39,025 nucleotides of DNA from Lama guanicoe. Its lineage: Eukaryota. The stretch is taken from assembly GCA_013239625.1 (NCBI GenBank), contig MU053594.1:1635165-1674189 (forward strand), read 5' to 3'. The notes beneath the pieces were generated by a model. That model did no database searches, was not told the DNA's origin, and saw only the letters and a program-made list of their open reading frames with translations. The translations under genes were made by a program, and so were the position numbers. Below are positions 11,151-22,956 of the stretch, in pieces (position 1 is the stretch's first letter; each line of letters opens with the position of its first letter).

Positions 11151-12833
11151 GTCCATCCAAATAAAATCATTATGGAGCTCCAGACTGGCCCTGGGAGATG
11201 AGTGGCTTCCCTTTGGTCCCTTGGAATCATCCTCAGAGCCTGCCATCCCTAGTCACTGTCCCAGTGAAAGCCCCTCGAGTCATCCCTCGTCTACAGGACA
11301 CCTCAGTGCTACTCCACCCGTCATCTCCCCATCCCTCCATCTCTCTCTCTCACCTGCCTTCCCCCTGGGCTACTTGAAGCCCCCACTGCTTGATAAACTC
11401 CCCTACATCTTTGATCCTTTCCCCACACCGTGTGACCTTAGACAAAAACCCACCTGTCTGCTGAGGACACACTTTCCAGTGCCACCACCAGCCTTGATGG
11501 TGCCTTGCGTAAATTAGAAGAAGGTGGCCCTTCTGGTTGGGAAGTCACATTGGTTAAAAGTGCCCCCCTAGGCAGTCCAGCTCCTGAGGACACAAAGTAT
11601 GATGAAAGCTCGGATTTCAATCTCTCCCTTCCTCGGACAGTGTACAAAGACCAGTCTGACAACTTCCCTGTCGCCTTTTGTGGAGATTACTCAACCTCTG
11701 CTCCCCACTGGATCCAGAAGGGTCTAGAAGAGGGTTACTGTTCTCTTCACTCCCCAGTGCCATTTTCAAACCTTTACTCTCCTGCTTCCTGCAAAAGCCT
11801 CCGCCACTCTGAGACCTGACCACAAGGTTATGTGAGCCTCTAATCTTCATGACCGTCAACTCCAACCTTGCACTGAAGCCTGACAGTCATTCTCTCTCCT
11901 CCACATTCGCCATTTTGCTGAGAAACTTGGATGTCCATCTCGTCCAACCCTGGAATCACAGCTCACAAACCTCCTCAATCCAGTGGACTTCATTTCCATT
12001 CCGCCCGGTTTCCCCACGTCCGGGAACCTTGTCAGAATTGGCCCACTTCCGAAATGTCCAACTCCAGCAGCCCAGCCCCAAACAGCAGTCCTCTTGCTGG
12101 CGCTGCTCTCCTGCTCTCTCTCCTGGTACATCAGCTCCCCAGCCACACAGATGCCGTCCCAAGCCCTTCATTTCTGCCCACCCAGCCTGGACCACGCAGT
12201 TGTCCTGACCCGATCTCACACAAGCATCCACCTTCTACCTCATTCTTCTGAGAAAACCTAATGCATCTATCTCATGACCTACCTCTGTCCTCCTCTGCTG
12301 TTGGGAGAAGCACACGATGCTATCGTGGCCCCACGGTCTCCAGATTCAGCTGGGTTCTGAGCGCCACAGATCAAGGATCCCTTTTCCTTGTGCTTTGAAG
12401 GCCACCTCTCCTGCTCTCCTTAGGAACTGTTCCAACTTCCACCCACCCTTTTCAAGCCCTCCACCCACCAACCCCAAAGCCTCTCCATCTCAGCCAACAA
12501 CACCTCTTCCTATCTTAATGAAAAAACTGAAGCCCTAAGAGGAGAGCTATCTACACCCTTATCCATCTCTGTCCTTCTTCCTTTCCTTCTCCCCCAGGGT
12601 GAAGGCCCCTCCTCCTTCCCCAAGCCAGTCCCTGTATCTGTTCTTCTCCCTTGGAGCCTGTTTTCATCAGTGTTCAGTCCTTATCTTTCTTTTTTTTTAT
12701 TATTATTTAGAGAATACTTTACTAATTTCTGTAGTCAAACCCATGAAGATAAGCCCTTACACATTTAGTACAGTGCGTTACCCCTGTACACATGTTAACA
12801 GTGTGTAACATTTCTAGACCAAATGGCTGTTAA

Positions 12834-12960
12834 CTTTAATGGGAAAAAAATATATGGAAACGAATACATGTACGCACATGCATGACTGGGATATTGTGCT
12901 GTACACCAGGTATAGACACACTGCAACTGACTGAACTTCAGTCAAATCAAATCAAATACA
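12834..12960 (+). mobile_element. Short young L1 3' end inserted into the pseudogene 3'UTR
   Basis: L1 tail (gcatgactgggatattgtgctgtacaccag...actgactgaacttca) with a (CAAAT)n-like tail. Perfect 14-bp TSD caaatggctgttaa at 12820-12833 / 12961-12974. Confidence 0.85.
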
Positions 12961-13059
12961 CAAATGGCTGTTAATTTGTGTACAATGCCAACCCAGCACA
13001 GTGCAACTGGGGTAGTTTTTCTAAAGTTGACAGCATGGCTAACATTTCCAAAAATTCAA

Positions 13060-13190
13060 ATTATATATATAAATGTAATATATATTTATATTATATATTT
13101 ATATATAAATACATTACATTATATATTTATATAAAATATATTCTGTTATATATTTATATAAAATATATATTATATAAATATATATATAAA
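13060..13190. repeat. AT-rich low-complexity/(TA)n repeat inside the retrocopy 3'UTR
   Basis: Directly visible tatata-rich tract with repeated ttatatatttatataaa units. Confidence 0.85.
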
Positions 13191-16100
13191 GACCAATAGC
13201 AGTATATCAGGCATTAATATTGACAGCGGTTTTTCTAGGTTCTGCAGTCATCTGGACAAAATTAAAGAAACATCCAGCACACTCCATTAAAAAAAATAAT
13301 AAAAACAAACCCCCAGAAATCAGCAAAGTTCTCTTACTGTTGCGGTACCTGGTGCCATTTTTTTTATTAGCTTCTAAATCATCATCTGGAAAGGAAACAT
13401 TTTGGAATAGCACCACTAAAAACAGCTCTGATAGAGCACGGTCACTACTACATATCGTAAGGCAGGTATGAGACGGCACTGTGCCACGTCTGTAATACCA
13501 GAGGATATAATTTAGAAGCCGTTGTTGGAGATTTGATTCTACTTTTCCAGTAGAGCCCAAAGGATGGTTATGACACAGCCCTGGTAAAGAAATGCAACTT
13601 CTTAGGATTTCCTTTCTTTAATTGCACAGTTCTAGGTACTCACTGCTCTTCATGAACATCAGTTTAAAACCACTTAGAAAAAAAAAAACCAACCATTGGA
13701 TTCATACAATGATGACTGAGTGGAGACAAGCAAGACTCTACCTAACTAGTATTTGACCAAATCTGTTGTGTCTGATTGGTAAGAACTCCATGGAAGAAAG
13801 GAGATGCCAGTTAGCACTTCAAAGCTTCAAGCATCATTTCAAACAGAAGCAGTAGCCAAACATTGCCCACCTGGATATGTTCAAGGATGAGGGCATCAAT
13901 ATTCCATCATCCGCTCACTCGTCCAGGAAGAAGGAGAAATCAGTTGCTGTACTTTGTGTTCAACTCAATCACCATGTTACAAAAACAGCAAGCTGCCGTA
14001 ATAAAAAAAAAAAAAAGGTTCCTCTACCCAACACCAGTTGTCTAATGTTCCTCACCACCAAGCCTGCAAATCTACCACCATATCTAAAGAACCTAAGGGA
14101 GCAAAGAAACCAGGTCTGATGTATTAGTTGGGATCACCACACTGTTCAGGCTGAGCTAGTCCTCAGCAGCGTTTTTTCCCTCATATTCTGGTGCTTCCTC
14201 TAACCATAAGGATTTTCGTTCTAAATTATATGCACTCAAGGAATATGTGCACATATGCATATATAAATTCTGACTGAAGGTGCACCGCCAGCAACAGAGT
14301 GCATGTTATGTAGCAGACACGAGCCGGCAAAGCCTGGTTTTGCTGGCGCAGCGGCCGTGTGCCAGTGTAAACGGCTCCTAGGTCCCTTGTGCACCTCCAA
14401 GTCCTGAACAGGATAACGTCACAGACCATCTTGCCCCTTTGGCTGTTGGCATTAGCTGACATCATTCTCCCGCTTCCCACCCCTCCCTGCCCCCAACCAC
14501 GTGCAATAAACCTCACCTTTGAGACCTTGTTTCTTCCATTTTGATAGCCTGAGGTTTGAGCTGAGATTTGACTGGTCCAGTTCTAACAGGTTTGGTGGCT
14601 ATGGTGGGTACAGGGGGTGGCTTTTCTTCTGCTTTTTCCTAGCAGACACCAGGAGGGTCCACCAGGGTTTCAGGAGGTTTCTTTGAATCACTTCCACTTT
14701 CTGGACTTTGCCTGCTGTCTGCTGGCTGTGTTGCTGCTCAGAGAGGAACCACTGCATGGGCTGAAAACCTCTGCTGTCTGCCAGCGCCTAGGACCAGATG
14801 TCTGGTGGTTGAGTCCTGTTCCCACAGCTCTTTTCTGGAGCGGAGGGGCAGGCTGCTTCTCCTAGACAATGCTGTTCATTTTGCTGGACTGGTTGTTCAG
14901 ATTTGGAAGGAGCCAGAAGGGACTAGATGTTGAGGTGATGCTTCTACCTCTGATTGGAGATATGCCTGCTTTTGTATCAAAACCACTCCCAGAGGCTTTA
15001 ATTCCATCTCAGACATTTTTTCCTGCAGTTGTGATCATGCTATGCTGCATTCCAGCAGGAATTAATCCTCTGAAAGACTGGCTCGCCTGCGCGGGGCCAC
15101 TCAGGTTCTTCACCTGTGCTTGTGGGAGCGCTGTCACGAGAGCTGAAGGGTCTGAGACAAAGCAATTCAAGGCTGCCCCCATAGATCCGAAATTAGGCAA
15201 AAGCTGGGGTGCTGGTTAAGGTACTGTAACCTGCTGGAGAGCACCTGGTGACTGGGCAGTGTTATGAAAATGTGTCTGGCCAGGCTGTTGTATTGGTTCA
15301 GAATAAAGATTTGGAGCCTGGGTAAGACTCTTCTCTAGCCTGGAGAAGATGTGTATCAGCCAGTTAGGAACCACCTGGTTCTGATGCTGATCCAGCTGCT
15401 GTTCATCCAACCTAGGAATAGGCTGCATATTTGAAGTTTGTTGCAAGGCAAGACCCAACTGCACCTTGGCAAGTTCCTGGTGTTGGACGTCTGGACAGTT
15501 GTGGATGGCAGGACCCAAAAGGACCACAGAGGGCTGGGAAAGACTGCTTTGCATACGGCTGGTTGGAAGCCTTGCTGCTGAGTCAAGCATGGTGGAGCCA
15601 ATGGCAAGTGTTGTGTATTGAATAAATGACTCGTGTCCACATGGAAAGCTGGGATTCGAGCTGCCATAGTCCGAGACACATAGATTGTGGACTCTGTTGT
15701 TGCTGGGCAGTGAGGAGAGGCATAGAGCTTAAGCGTGAAAAATGACTTGCAGAGGGCAGCCCGCTGGTTTGGAATTGCTGGGGTTTCACTTTGCAAATAT
15801 TAGGAGGGTCTGATGTGGTTGCATTCACTCCTTACCTTTCAGCCTCTGCTTCTCTAGTGTCTCCTGCCTCTTACCCTATAGATACGGTCAAGTTCTGCAA
15901 CATTTTAAAAACAAACACAAACTGTCTACCCTTGGGTCTCCCAACCGCACCTTATCTCCCTTCTTCCTTCTGTATTAAAATCTACACCTGCTTTCCCCAC
16001 TCTTCACCTCCCCTTCCCGATTCAATCCACTGCAGACTCTGATCCCCTAATCACCCCTCCTCAGTCAAAAATCATCCATCCCTTCCCATTGCCAAATCCA

Positions 16101-16399
16101 GCAGATAGTTTTCTATACTTTGCTTACTGCTGCATTTGACTCTATTCCTCACTTTCTCTTTCTTGAAACTGTCTGCTCCCTCCTGACTGTGAAGCCAGCC
16201 TCTCTATGCAAGTGTGGGTCTCCACCTTGCACTACTCCTCCGCCCCCCCCCAGTCACTGCAGTTCCCTGTCAATCAATCCTTAAACCACCAATTTTCACA
16301 TTCCACACAGTATTTTCAGACAACAGCAACCACTATTGAAATTTTCACCATCATCCATGTTCTGGTAATTTGCAAGTCTACACCCAGGCCTAGGTTTCC

Positions 16400-16972
16400 T
16401 TTTGTTTTTTCAATTGAGTTATAGTCAGTTTACAATGTTTTGTCTAATTCCAGTGAGTAGAGCACATCAGTTATACATGAACATACATATATTCATTCTG
16501 CATTCTTTTTCACTGTGAGCTACCACAAGATCTTGTATATATTTCCCTGTGCTATACAGTATAATTTTGGTTATCTATTCTGCATATGCCTGTCATTATC
16601 TACAAATTTCAAACTCCCAGTCTGTCTCTTCCCACCCCCCCACCACCCTCCCCCTTGGCAACCACAAGTTTGTATTCTATGTCTATGAGTCTGTTTCTGT
16701 TTTGTGTTTATGAGTCGGTTTTTATGGCTGAGTAGTATTCCATTGTATACATATACCACGTCTTCTTTATCTAGTCGCCTGTTGATGGACATTTAGGCTG
16801 TTTCCATGTCTTGGCTATTGTAAATAGTGCTGCTATGAACAGTGGGGCTCAGTTGTCATCCTGAAGTAGGGTTCCTTCTGGATATATGCCCAGGAGCGGA
16901 ATTCCTGGGTCATACGGTAAGTCTATTCCTCATCTTTTGAGGAATCTCCACACTGTTTTCCACAGTGGCTGC
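16400..16972 (-). mobile_element. 5'-truncated young L1 (3'UTR + ORF2 end)
   Basis: T-tract, then caattgagttatagtcagtttacaatg...ggctgagtagtattccattg...gatggacatttaggctgtttccatgtcttggctattgtaaatagtgctgctatgaac. Confidence 0.9.
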
Positions 16973-19464
16973 ACTAGTTTCCCTTCCTGAACATCAGATC
17001 TGTGTATACAACTGAGTGCTAGGCATCTCCACTGGGACAGTTCACAGGCACCTCTAACTAGACCCGTCTGAAGCTGAAGTCACCATCTCTGCCCTTACCC
17101 CAAACCAGCTCCTCCTGTGATTCCCAGCTTAGTCAGCAGCACCATCCTCCTCCCACCCAGGCCGGCCAGACACCTGGAGCCACCCCTATCCCCACCCTGT
17201 CCTCAGCAATCTGCCTCCAGGATCTGCTTTTTATTGTCCTCATTTTATAAATCTGGTCCCTCCCCATTACACCCCACACCTGCTGATGATAAACTGAGTG
17301 GTAATTCATCCTCACTCACCTGGACTATCGCAGCAGCCTCCTAACTGAACTCCTAATTTCAGATTTTTCACTCTCACATCCATCCTTCACATAATCGTCA
17401 AAGTGCCCTTTGATCCAAACCCAGACCTGGCCAGGCCACCCTCTTCTTTTAAAACCCGTTGCCTATATGATAGAGTTTTTAATCCTTGATGTGACCTACA
17501 GGGCCTCCCGTCGCTTGGCTCCTACACACTCTCCAGCATCAGCCCCATCAGTCCCTGTCTTGAACATTACGTTTCAGTGATTCCCTGCTCACATCCTGCT
17601 GTTTCACACCTCCATGCTTCTCCTGTCCAGGTACACCCACCCCCAACCTCCCCCCACTTCTCTGGGTCATCTCCCCCAGCCTTTAATACAGCTCCCCCAC
17701 CATTTACTCCCAAAAGCATCCTTGCCCCTCATTTGTACTCCTAAAGCACCCAGTGCTTACCTCTGTCTTCACATTTATCCATGATGTTGAAGTTATCTGT
17801 TTATAGACCTAGCTCCCAATGCTAAACCAAAGTCAAGATCAGGGACTGAGTCCTGGGTACTGGTCTTTGCGCTCCCCATCCCCCACCCAAGGCTGAGCCC
17901 AAGGCCAGACACATACGAGGCACTCAAAAAATAATTGTTGAATTGATTGTCACAGCAGGGCTAAGAGTCAGGTATTAGACGCAAAAATACTCAGACTCAG
18001 ACAGCAGGTCACTCACCAGGAGGTGGGAGAGCAGCAACTTGAAACTAAAGTCTGTGGTCTTTCAGGTACAACCTGGAAACCACAGGCTAAGCAGGGAGAT
18101 GGGGATGGGGATGAAGATGGCTCGTCAGGGCACCAGCCTAGGGGTGCTGGTGTGTGTGAGGAACCTAGGAAATGAAGGTGGGCAAGATTCTGGGAGCAGA
18201 AGAGGACTGTCCTGAGGCCCTAGCATCACTGGTTCTAAGCAAAGCCCTGGTGTGATTAAACTACCAGCAGAGACAGGCCTGAGCTGCCCAATAGGTAAGT
18301 TATCTGAGGGCCTTGAGACAGCCAGGGTCCCCACAAACACTCAAGATGCTGCTTCACAACCATCTTCTGAGTCCTGCACTTTCCCTTCTCTCAGGTACCA
18401 GTCTCCAGGAAGTTCTTAGTGTCGACCACGACATGGAATATTCAAAGGATGTTAGAAGATAATAAAGTGGGCCTGTAGCAGCAAGAGCTTCCATTGCCCT
18501 CGGCCTCCCTGGAGAGAGGTCCCATCCTCCGCCCGCCCACCCTCCAGTGGCCTTGCCCCACTGCCTGAAACAGAAGACAGTCGACAGAAGGAGTCACGTG
18601 GCAGAGGCCGAGACTAGCCAAGGACAGCTCATGCGGGGACCCCACAGAGAGAAGGGAGCTTCTGAGACGGCAGCAAAAGAAGGGGACTGTTGGATGCAGC
18701 TGAAGTCCCCACGCCTGCGTGCATCGCAACATGGCCCTCCCTATATGCCTCCCTCTGGGGCTCGCACAGTGGGAGATGATTATTTTGGACAAAAAAGGCA
18801 CAAGGACATAGGGCTGGAATAACACCAGCGAAAGAAAACTAAAAATATCTATGTTTACAAAACACAGGGAAAGGCGGCAAGGGTCTGGATCACAAAGGAT
18901 AAAGATGGGGTGCCCTTCTCTGGTAGAATCCGTGTCAAACACAGACGAAGAGCCAGAATGACCTCATTAGCAGAGAACCCGGCAGGTAGCCGGGGCAAGA
19001 ACACGTCCACTCTTTGTCTTCACTCGAGTCCCTGGGGGCCAAGCCGACATTATCACCTCCCCGGAAGGGTTCCAGGAACAGGGGAGCTCACTTTCTGCCT
19101 GGGGAAGAAGTCTGGAGCAGCCTCAGCTCTAAGGCGCATTTTTTGTTCACAGATGGAGACATTCGCACACCTCTCCCCACCCTGCTTCTGCTCTGCAGAC
19201 TGAGATGAGGGCCTCTGGGAAGCTTCAGAGGGAAAAGGGACTTGCTGTCCTCTTTCCCACCTCCCCCTAGCCAGTCGGGCCCAGCTCCACCCCAAGGAAC
19301 AGCTCACGACCAGCTGGCCAGGCTATGTCCTAGAGCCCAAGGGAAGTGCCTGCAGCCCTGGCTCACCTGTCGTTGCTCAAGGATGGGGAGAAACCTGGGA
19401 AGGCTGGAATTCCCTCCTGGAGGAGGTGTGGGCAGCTCCCAGGCACCACCTCAGTGGAGTCTCT

Positions 19465-19700
19465 CCAATAATAACAACAACCAGGAAAGCGAGACTTCAT
19501 TGAGCGCCCCTCTATGCCGGGCATTGTGCTTCACACGTATCATCTCATTAAAAGCTCCCAACAACCTTAAGAACTGGGTACTACCATTATCCCGACTTGA
19601 CAGAGGAGGGATTATACAGAGCAATTCAACAGATCAGTCCAAGCCCACAGGGACAGCGAATGGAGAAGCAAGGATACAACAAAGACCTTTCTTCCCAACT
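19465..19700 (-). mobile_element. MIR SINE
   Basis: cattgagcgcc...tatgccgggcattgtgct...catctcatt...caacaacctt...ccattatccc...gacagaggagg is the antisense MIR core. Confidence 0.7.
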
Positions 19701-20017
19701 TCAGAAGCCCTGCTTTTAGCCACACACATACAAGGGACTACTTTCCTTACCCTTGCATGCATCTCCTTTTCACTGTGTGGACTAAGATTTTCCCCTTTTG
19801 TTAGCTTTGCAAATGTTCAGAAATTTCTTGGCTTCCTGTTGGAGTGTAAGGCTTCCTGAGGTTAAAAATCATTTCTAATGGTCCTTTGGAAAGTGATTCC
19901 AAGAACATAAAGGCTGATCAGCCAACTGCAGGGATCGAACTGCCATGCATACTTAGTAAATGGTGCTTACTGGTTGCATTGACATTTCACATGCCAGGGG
20001 GTTCCTCTCCTCTAGAG

Positions 20018-20231
20018 CAGGGTTTCACAGCCTCAGAAATATTGACATGTGGGACTGGGTACTTCTTGGCCGTGGGGGCTCTCCTGTGCAATGTAGAACA
20101 TTTTGTAGCACCCCTGGCCTCCACTGCTCACTAGTAGCACCCCCTCCGCTAGTTTTGACAACCAAAAATGACTCAAGACGTTGCCAAATACCCCCCTGGA
20201 TGGCAAAATCACCCCCAATTGGGACCTTTTG
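20018..20231. mobile_element. MER20-like hAT DNA transposon
   Basis: cagggtttc...tattgacat...tcctgtgcaatgtag...agcacccctggcctc...ttgacaaccaaaaatg...gacgttgccaaat...ggcaaaatcaccccc; ~215 bp, as for MER20. Confidence 0.8.
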
Positions 20232-20499
20232 CTCAGAACAAGCAAATCAGAGTGATAGCATTTATTCCCTCCGAGTAAAACAGCAAGAAAGCTTATTTCA
20301 ACCTACAATAAAACAGCACTCTTACTACTCACAGTTAATAAATATGAGAGTTCCTAGACGTACTTATGAAACAGAAACCCCAGAGCACCAGTTCCAGAAG
20401 ATTGAGATAATGTTCCCGTTATGCCTGAACCAAATCGCTTTCGGCTCATTGAATCTTCTGTAGTGGGGCGTCAAACGGGTGGGAACCCAAGGCCAAGAA

Positions 20500-20720
20500 G
20501 GAAAGGCCTGGGTTTAAATCCCAGCTTGTAACCCCAATCACTTTTTTGTAACAAACTGGACATACATGTTTTTAAATCTCAGCTCCTTTACTTAACTAGC
20601 TTCTAGGAAATTCGCTTGACATCATTGGGTTTCAATTCTTGTAAGAATGGAGTGATGGTTCCTCGCTCATGGGATTGCTATGAAGATTAAATAAAACAGA
20701 TGGAAAGCAACAATCTAGTG
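20500..20720 (+). mobile_element. MIR SINE
   Basis: cctgggtttaaatcccagct...ttcttgtaagaatggagtgatggttcctcgctcatgggattgctatgaagattaaataa. Confidence 0.6.
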
Positions 20721-21194
20721 AGGTTTGGCTCAAGTGGACTTAAAAATAGCCACCCCTTTCCCTGTCCTCACTTGTCACCAGGCCCTTGAGAGCATCACTC
20801 ACGCTGATTCATTTTTACTTTCCCCACACCATCCAACACAGCTCTTCTCAATGCTGACTGCTCGTGAGAAGACCAGCAGGGATTTCCAAATGCTGATGTC
20901 TGGGCCCTGCTGCACCCCAACCAGATCAGAATCTTTGGCTTGAGAGGATATATTGTAAGTATTCAAAATTTCATTCATGATAAAGGTAATAGATTATCTT
21001 TCACATAATATTATTGATGCCAAATAATGAAATAGCAATGATACTTGTATCAGTTCTTAAAATGTGGTCATATTATGTTAATCATTAATAATCAATATAT
21101 TATAAATAAGTTAAACAAATCAGTGTATCTCCAGATGGCATCTGTTGCATCCTTTGGATCCACAAATTCCATTAGAATTTTTAGATTTTATTTT

Positions 21195-21313
21195 ATTTCT
21201 TAAAAAGTTTTGGAGGGGAGATAATTAGGTTTCTTTCTTTCTTTGTTTATGGAGATATTGGGGATTGAACTCAGGACATTGTGCCTAACTACCACTGAGC
21301 TCTACCTTCCCCC
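21195..21313 (-). mobile_element. tRNA-derived SINE of the camelid Vic-1 type
   Basis: The minus strand reads ggggaaggtagagctcagtggtag (A box)...gagttcaatcccc (B box)...aaagaaacctaattatctcccctcc. Approximate TSD t(a/t)gattttat on both sides. Confidence 0.75.
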
Positions 21314-22443
21314 TTTGATTTTATGTTTTAATTTCAATGATTATTTAATAGCCTTTACATTTTTAAAGTCTCTTTGAAGTGGTAATTCTCAACTAGAAGA
21401 CATGTTCATAGAATAAGACTTTAATTTCCTAAGTCTTTGTTTCTCAAAGCTTCAGGAAATAGTGTTATAAATATTCTGAAATTAGTGTATCAATAACAAA
21501 TCACATAAATGGCAAAGTTGCACTTGTATACAAGGCTAGAAATAAAGTCTATTTGCTTTCAGAAGAGTAGATACTGTCATTTGTTTTGTTTTTAGGAAAG
21601 ATAAGATGCTACAGTGTACAGTACTAATATTTGAAGTGCTGCTACATAGTATCAAATCCACACAAAAGGAAAAACCACAGTTCACAATTAATGGCAGAAG
21701 TTCGTAGCATCTAAGAGAATTAAATGAATTAAAGGATGTTCCTGTGACTCAGCTAATGGATTGATACTGAAAAGGGAAAGGTATGGGCTGGATTCAGGGC
21801 TGTGTTTCAAGAGCCTTGTTGTGCGTCACTGCACATCATAAACTCCCCTGGAGCAGTTTTGTCTTCTCTCAGTGCCTACAACAGCACCAAACCCAGCGAG
21901 ACAGAGAGTCAACATTTCTGAAATGACGAACCCTACCTGCCCCATGTTGTCTTATTCTTTCTACTCTCATTATCCTTAGATCCTTAATTTCTTACTTTTA
22001 AAATTTTGTATTTCTGTAAGCTACCATAAATCTTACATGAATAAGGTAGGATCTTAGAAAAATCAATGCTCTTTTAAAGAACTGGATGTAAGGGAATTCC
22101 CATAAGTGACATATTTCCCTCTGGAGAGCCGTCTCCATCACTTTCTCACTAGACACCACACTGAGCCATGGCTCATCCTGGGAGTTCCAGATCATGCCCC
22201 ATTGATTAAACCATCCTGTATTTTGTCACTATGGAGCTGTCTGGTTAAACAGTAGGAACAATGCATTTGAATTTCTTGGTAAATGCTCACCCTCCAAAGA
22301 AATTTCCAAGTGCAGCTAACAGGAATGAAGGAGAGAGCCATTTGTGTTCAGAGGTAATTGACCTGGGCTTGCTAAACTTCCTCCAGCACCCTGCAGTGCA
22401 CCTCCTCTCAGGCAAAGACTTCTCCCCTGTCCAGAGAGGAACC

Positions 22444-22956
22444 TGTTACAAACCAACCGCAGAGACACTGAGGTTAGAAGCAGAGAAGGGGTTTATTCAC
22501 GAGGAAGCTAAATGAGATGGGAGAACGAATCTCAGATCCACTTCCCCAAAGGCAAGGGCCTTGAGATATTTATGGGATAAAGAAGCAGTGTGGTCTTAGG
22601 TGTGAGAAAAGGTGATTGGGGGTAGGGAAAATGTGAGGTTATCAGTGTTCTGCCCGGGTCCAGGTTTAGAGTCAGTGGTCCTAGCTGGTCTTAGTCGGCT
22701 CGAATTGTACAAGGGCTAAATCCAAGTTGTAGGCTATGTGAAACTTCAAAGGCAGGCAATTTGAAACAAAATATTTAGAGCAAGTTTGTGCTTGCTCAGG
22801 GAGTGCAGGCTACTAGCCGAGGGGCTGTTTTTTTTTTTTTTCTTTTCCTTTTTCTTTTTTTCTTAAATAAGCTATTCCTTACCTGCCATTCTGTGAGATA
22901 AGCTCGAGAGTTTCTGTTAGTCACCAGTTTCTGTTAACGCTTGGGGCAAGGTTTCA
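22444..22956 (-). mobile_element. Solo LTR, ERV1-class
   Basis: TG...CA termini and a 4-bp TSD AACC (22440-22443 / 22957-22960). tttatt near the left end is AATAAA on the minus strand. Length 513 bp. Confidence 0.75.

Larger units (their letters stand above)
12690..15823 (-). pseudogene. PRRC2C: 5'-truncated processed pseudogene of PRRC2C (BAT2L2): C-terminal coding part (~15823-14519) plus ~1.8 kb 3'UTR
   Basis: Minus-strand peptides NATTSDPPNICKVKPQQFQTSGLPSASHFS, MQSSLSQPSVVL...QHQELAK, QQPGQTHFHNTAQSPGALQQVTVP, FRGLIPAGMQHSMITTAGK and terminal KPVRTGP...KPQAIKMEETRS match the recalled PRRC2C C-terminus. It is intronless, split across frames, and has an in-frame TAG at 14862-14864. Poly(A) remnant at ~12690-12708. 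17-bp TSD ttcagtccttatctttc 12673-12689 / ttcactccttacctttc 15824-15840. Confidence 0.92.
11500..17950 (+). mobile_element. Long degenerate L2, interrupted by the PRRC2C retrocopy (12690-15823) and an L1 (~16400-16972)
   Basis: C/T-rich L2-type sequence on both sides of the inserts. An EN-like peptide ILLRNLDVHL (~11912-11941) resembles IILGDFNIH. L2 3' terminus gaggcactcaaaaaataattgttgaattgattg at ~17917-17949. The left boundary is uncertain. Confidence 0.6.

Noticed and set aside
14519..15823. PRRC2C copy as a functional retrogene
   Set aside because: Multiple frameshifts, an internal stop, a lost native stop codon, and 5' truncation with no promoter or start context.
19242..19859. 205-aa ORF
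   Set aside because: Runs through a MIR element, has a non-ATG start and shows no protein-like motifs.
21240..21313. Possible tRNA gene (A and B boxes)
   Set aside because: The anticodon region appears deleted, and it has a SINE-type tail and TSD, so it is a tRNA-derived SINE.
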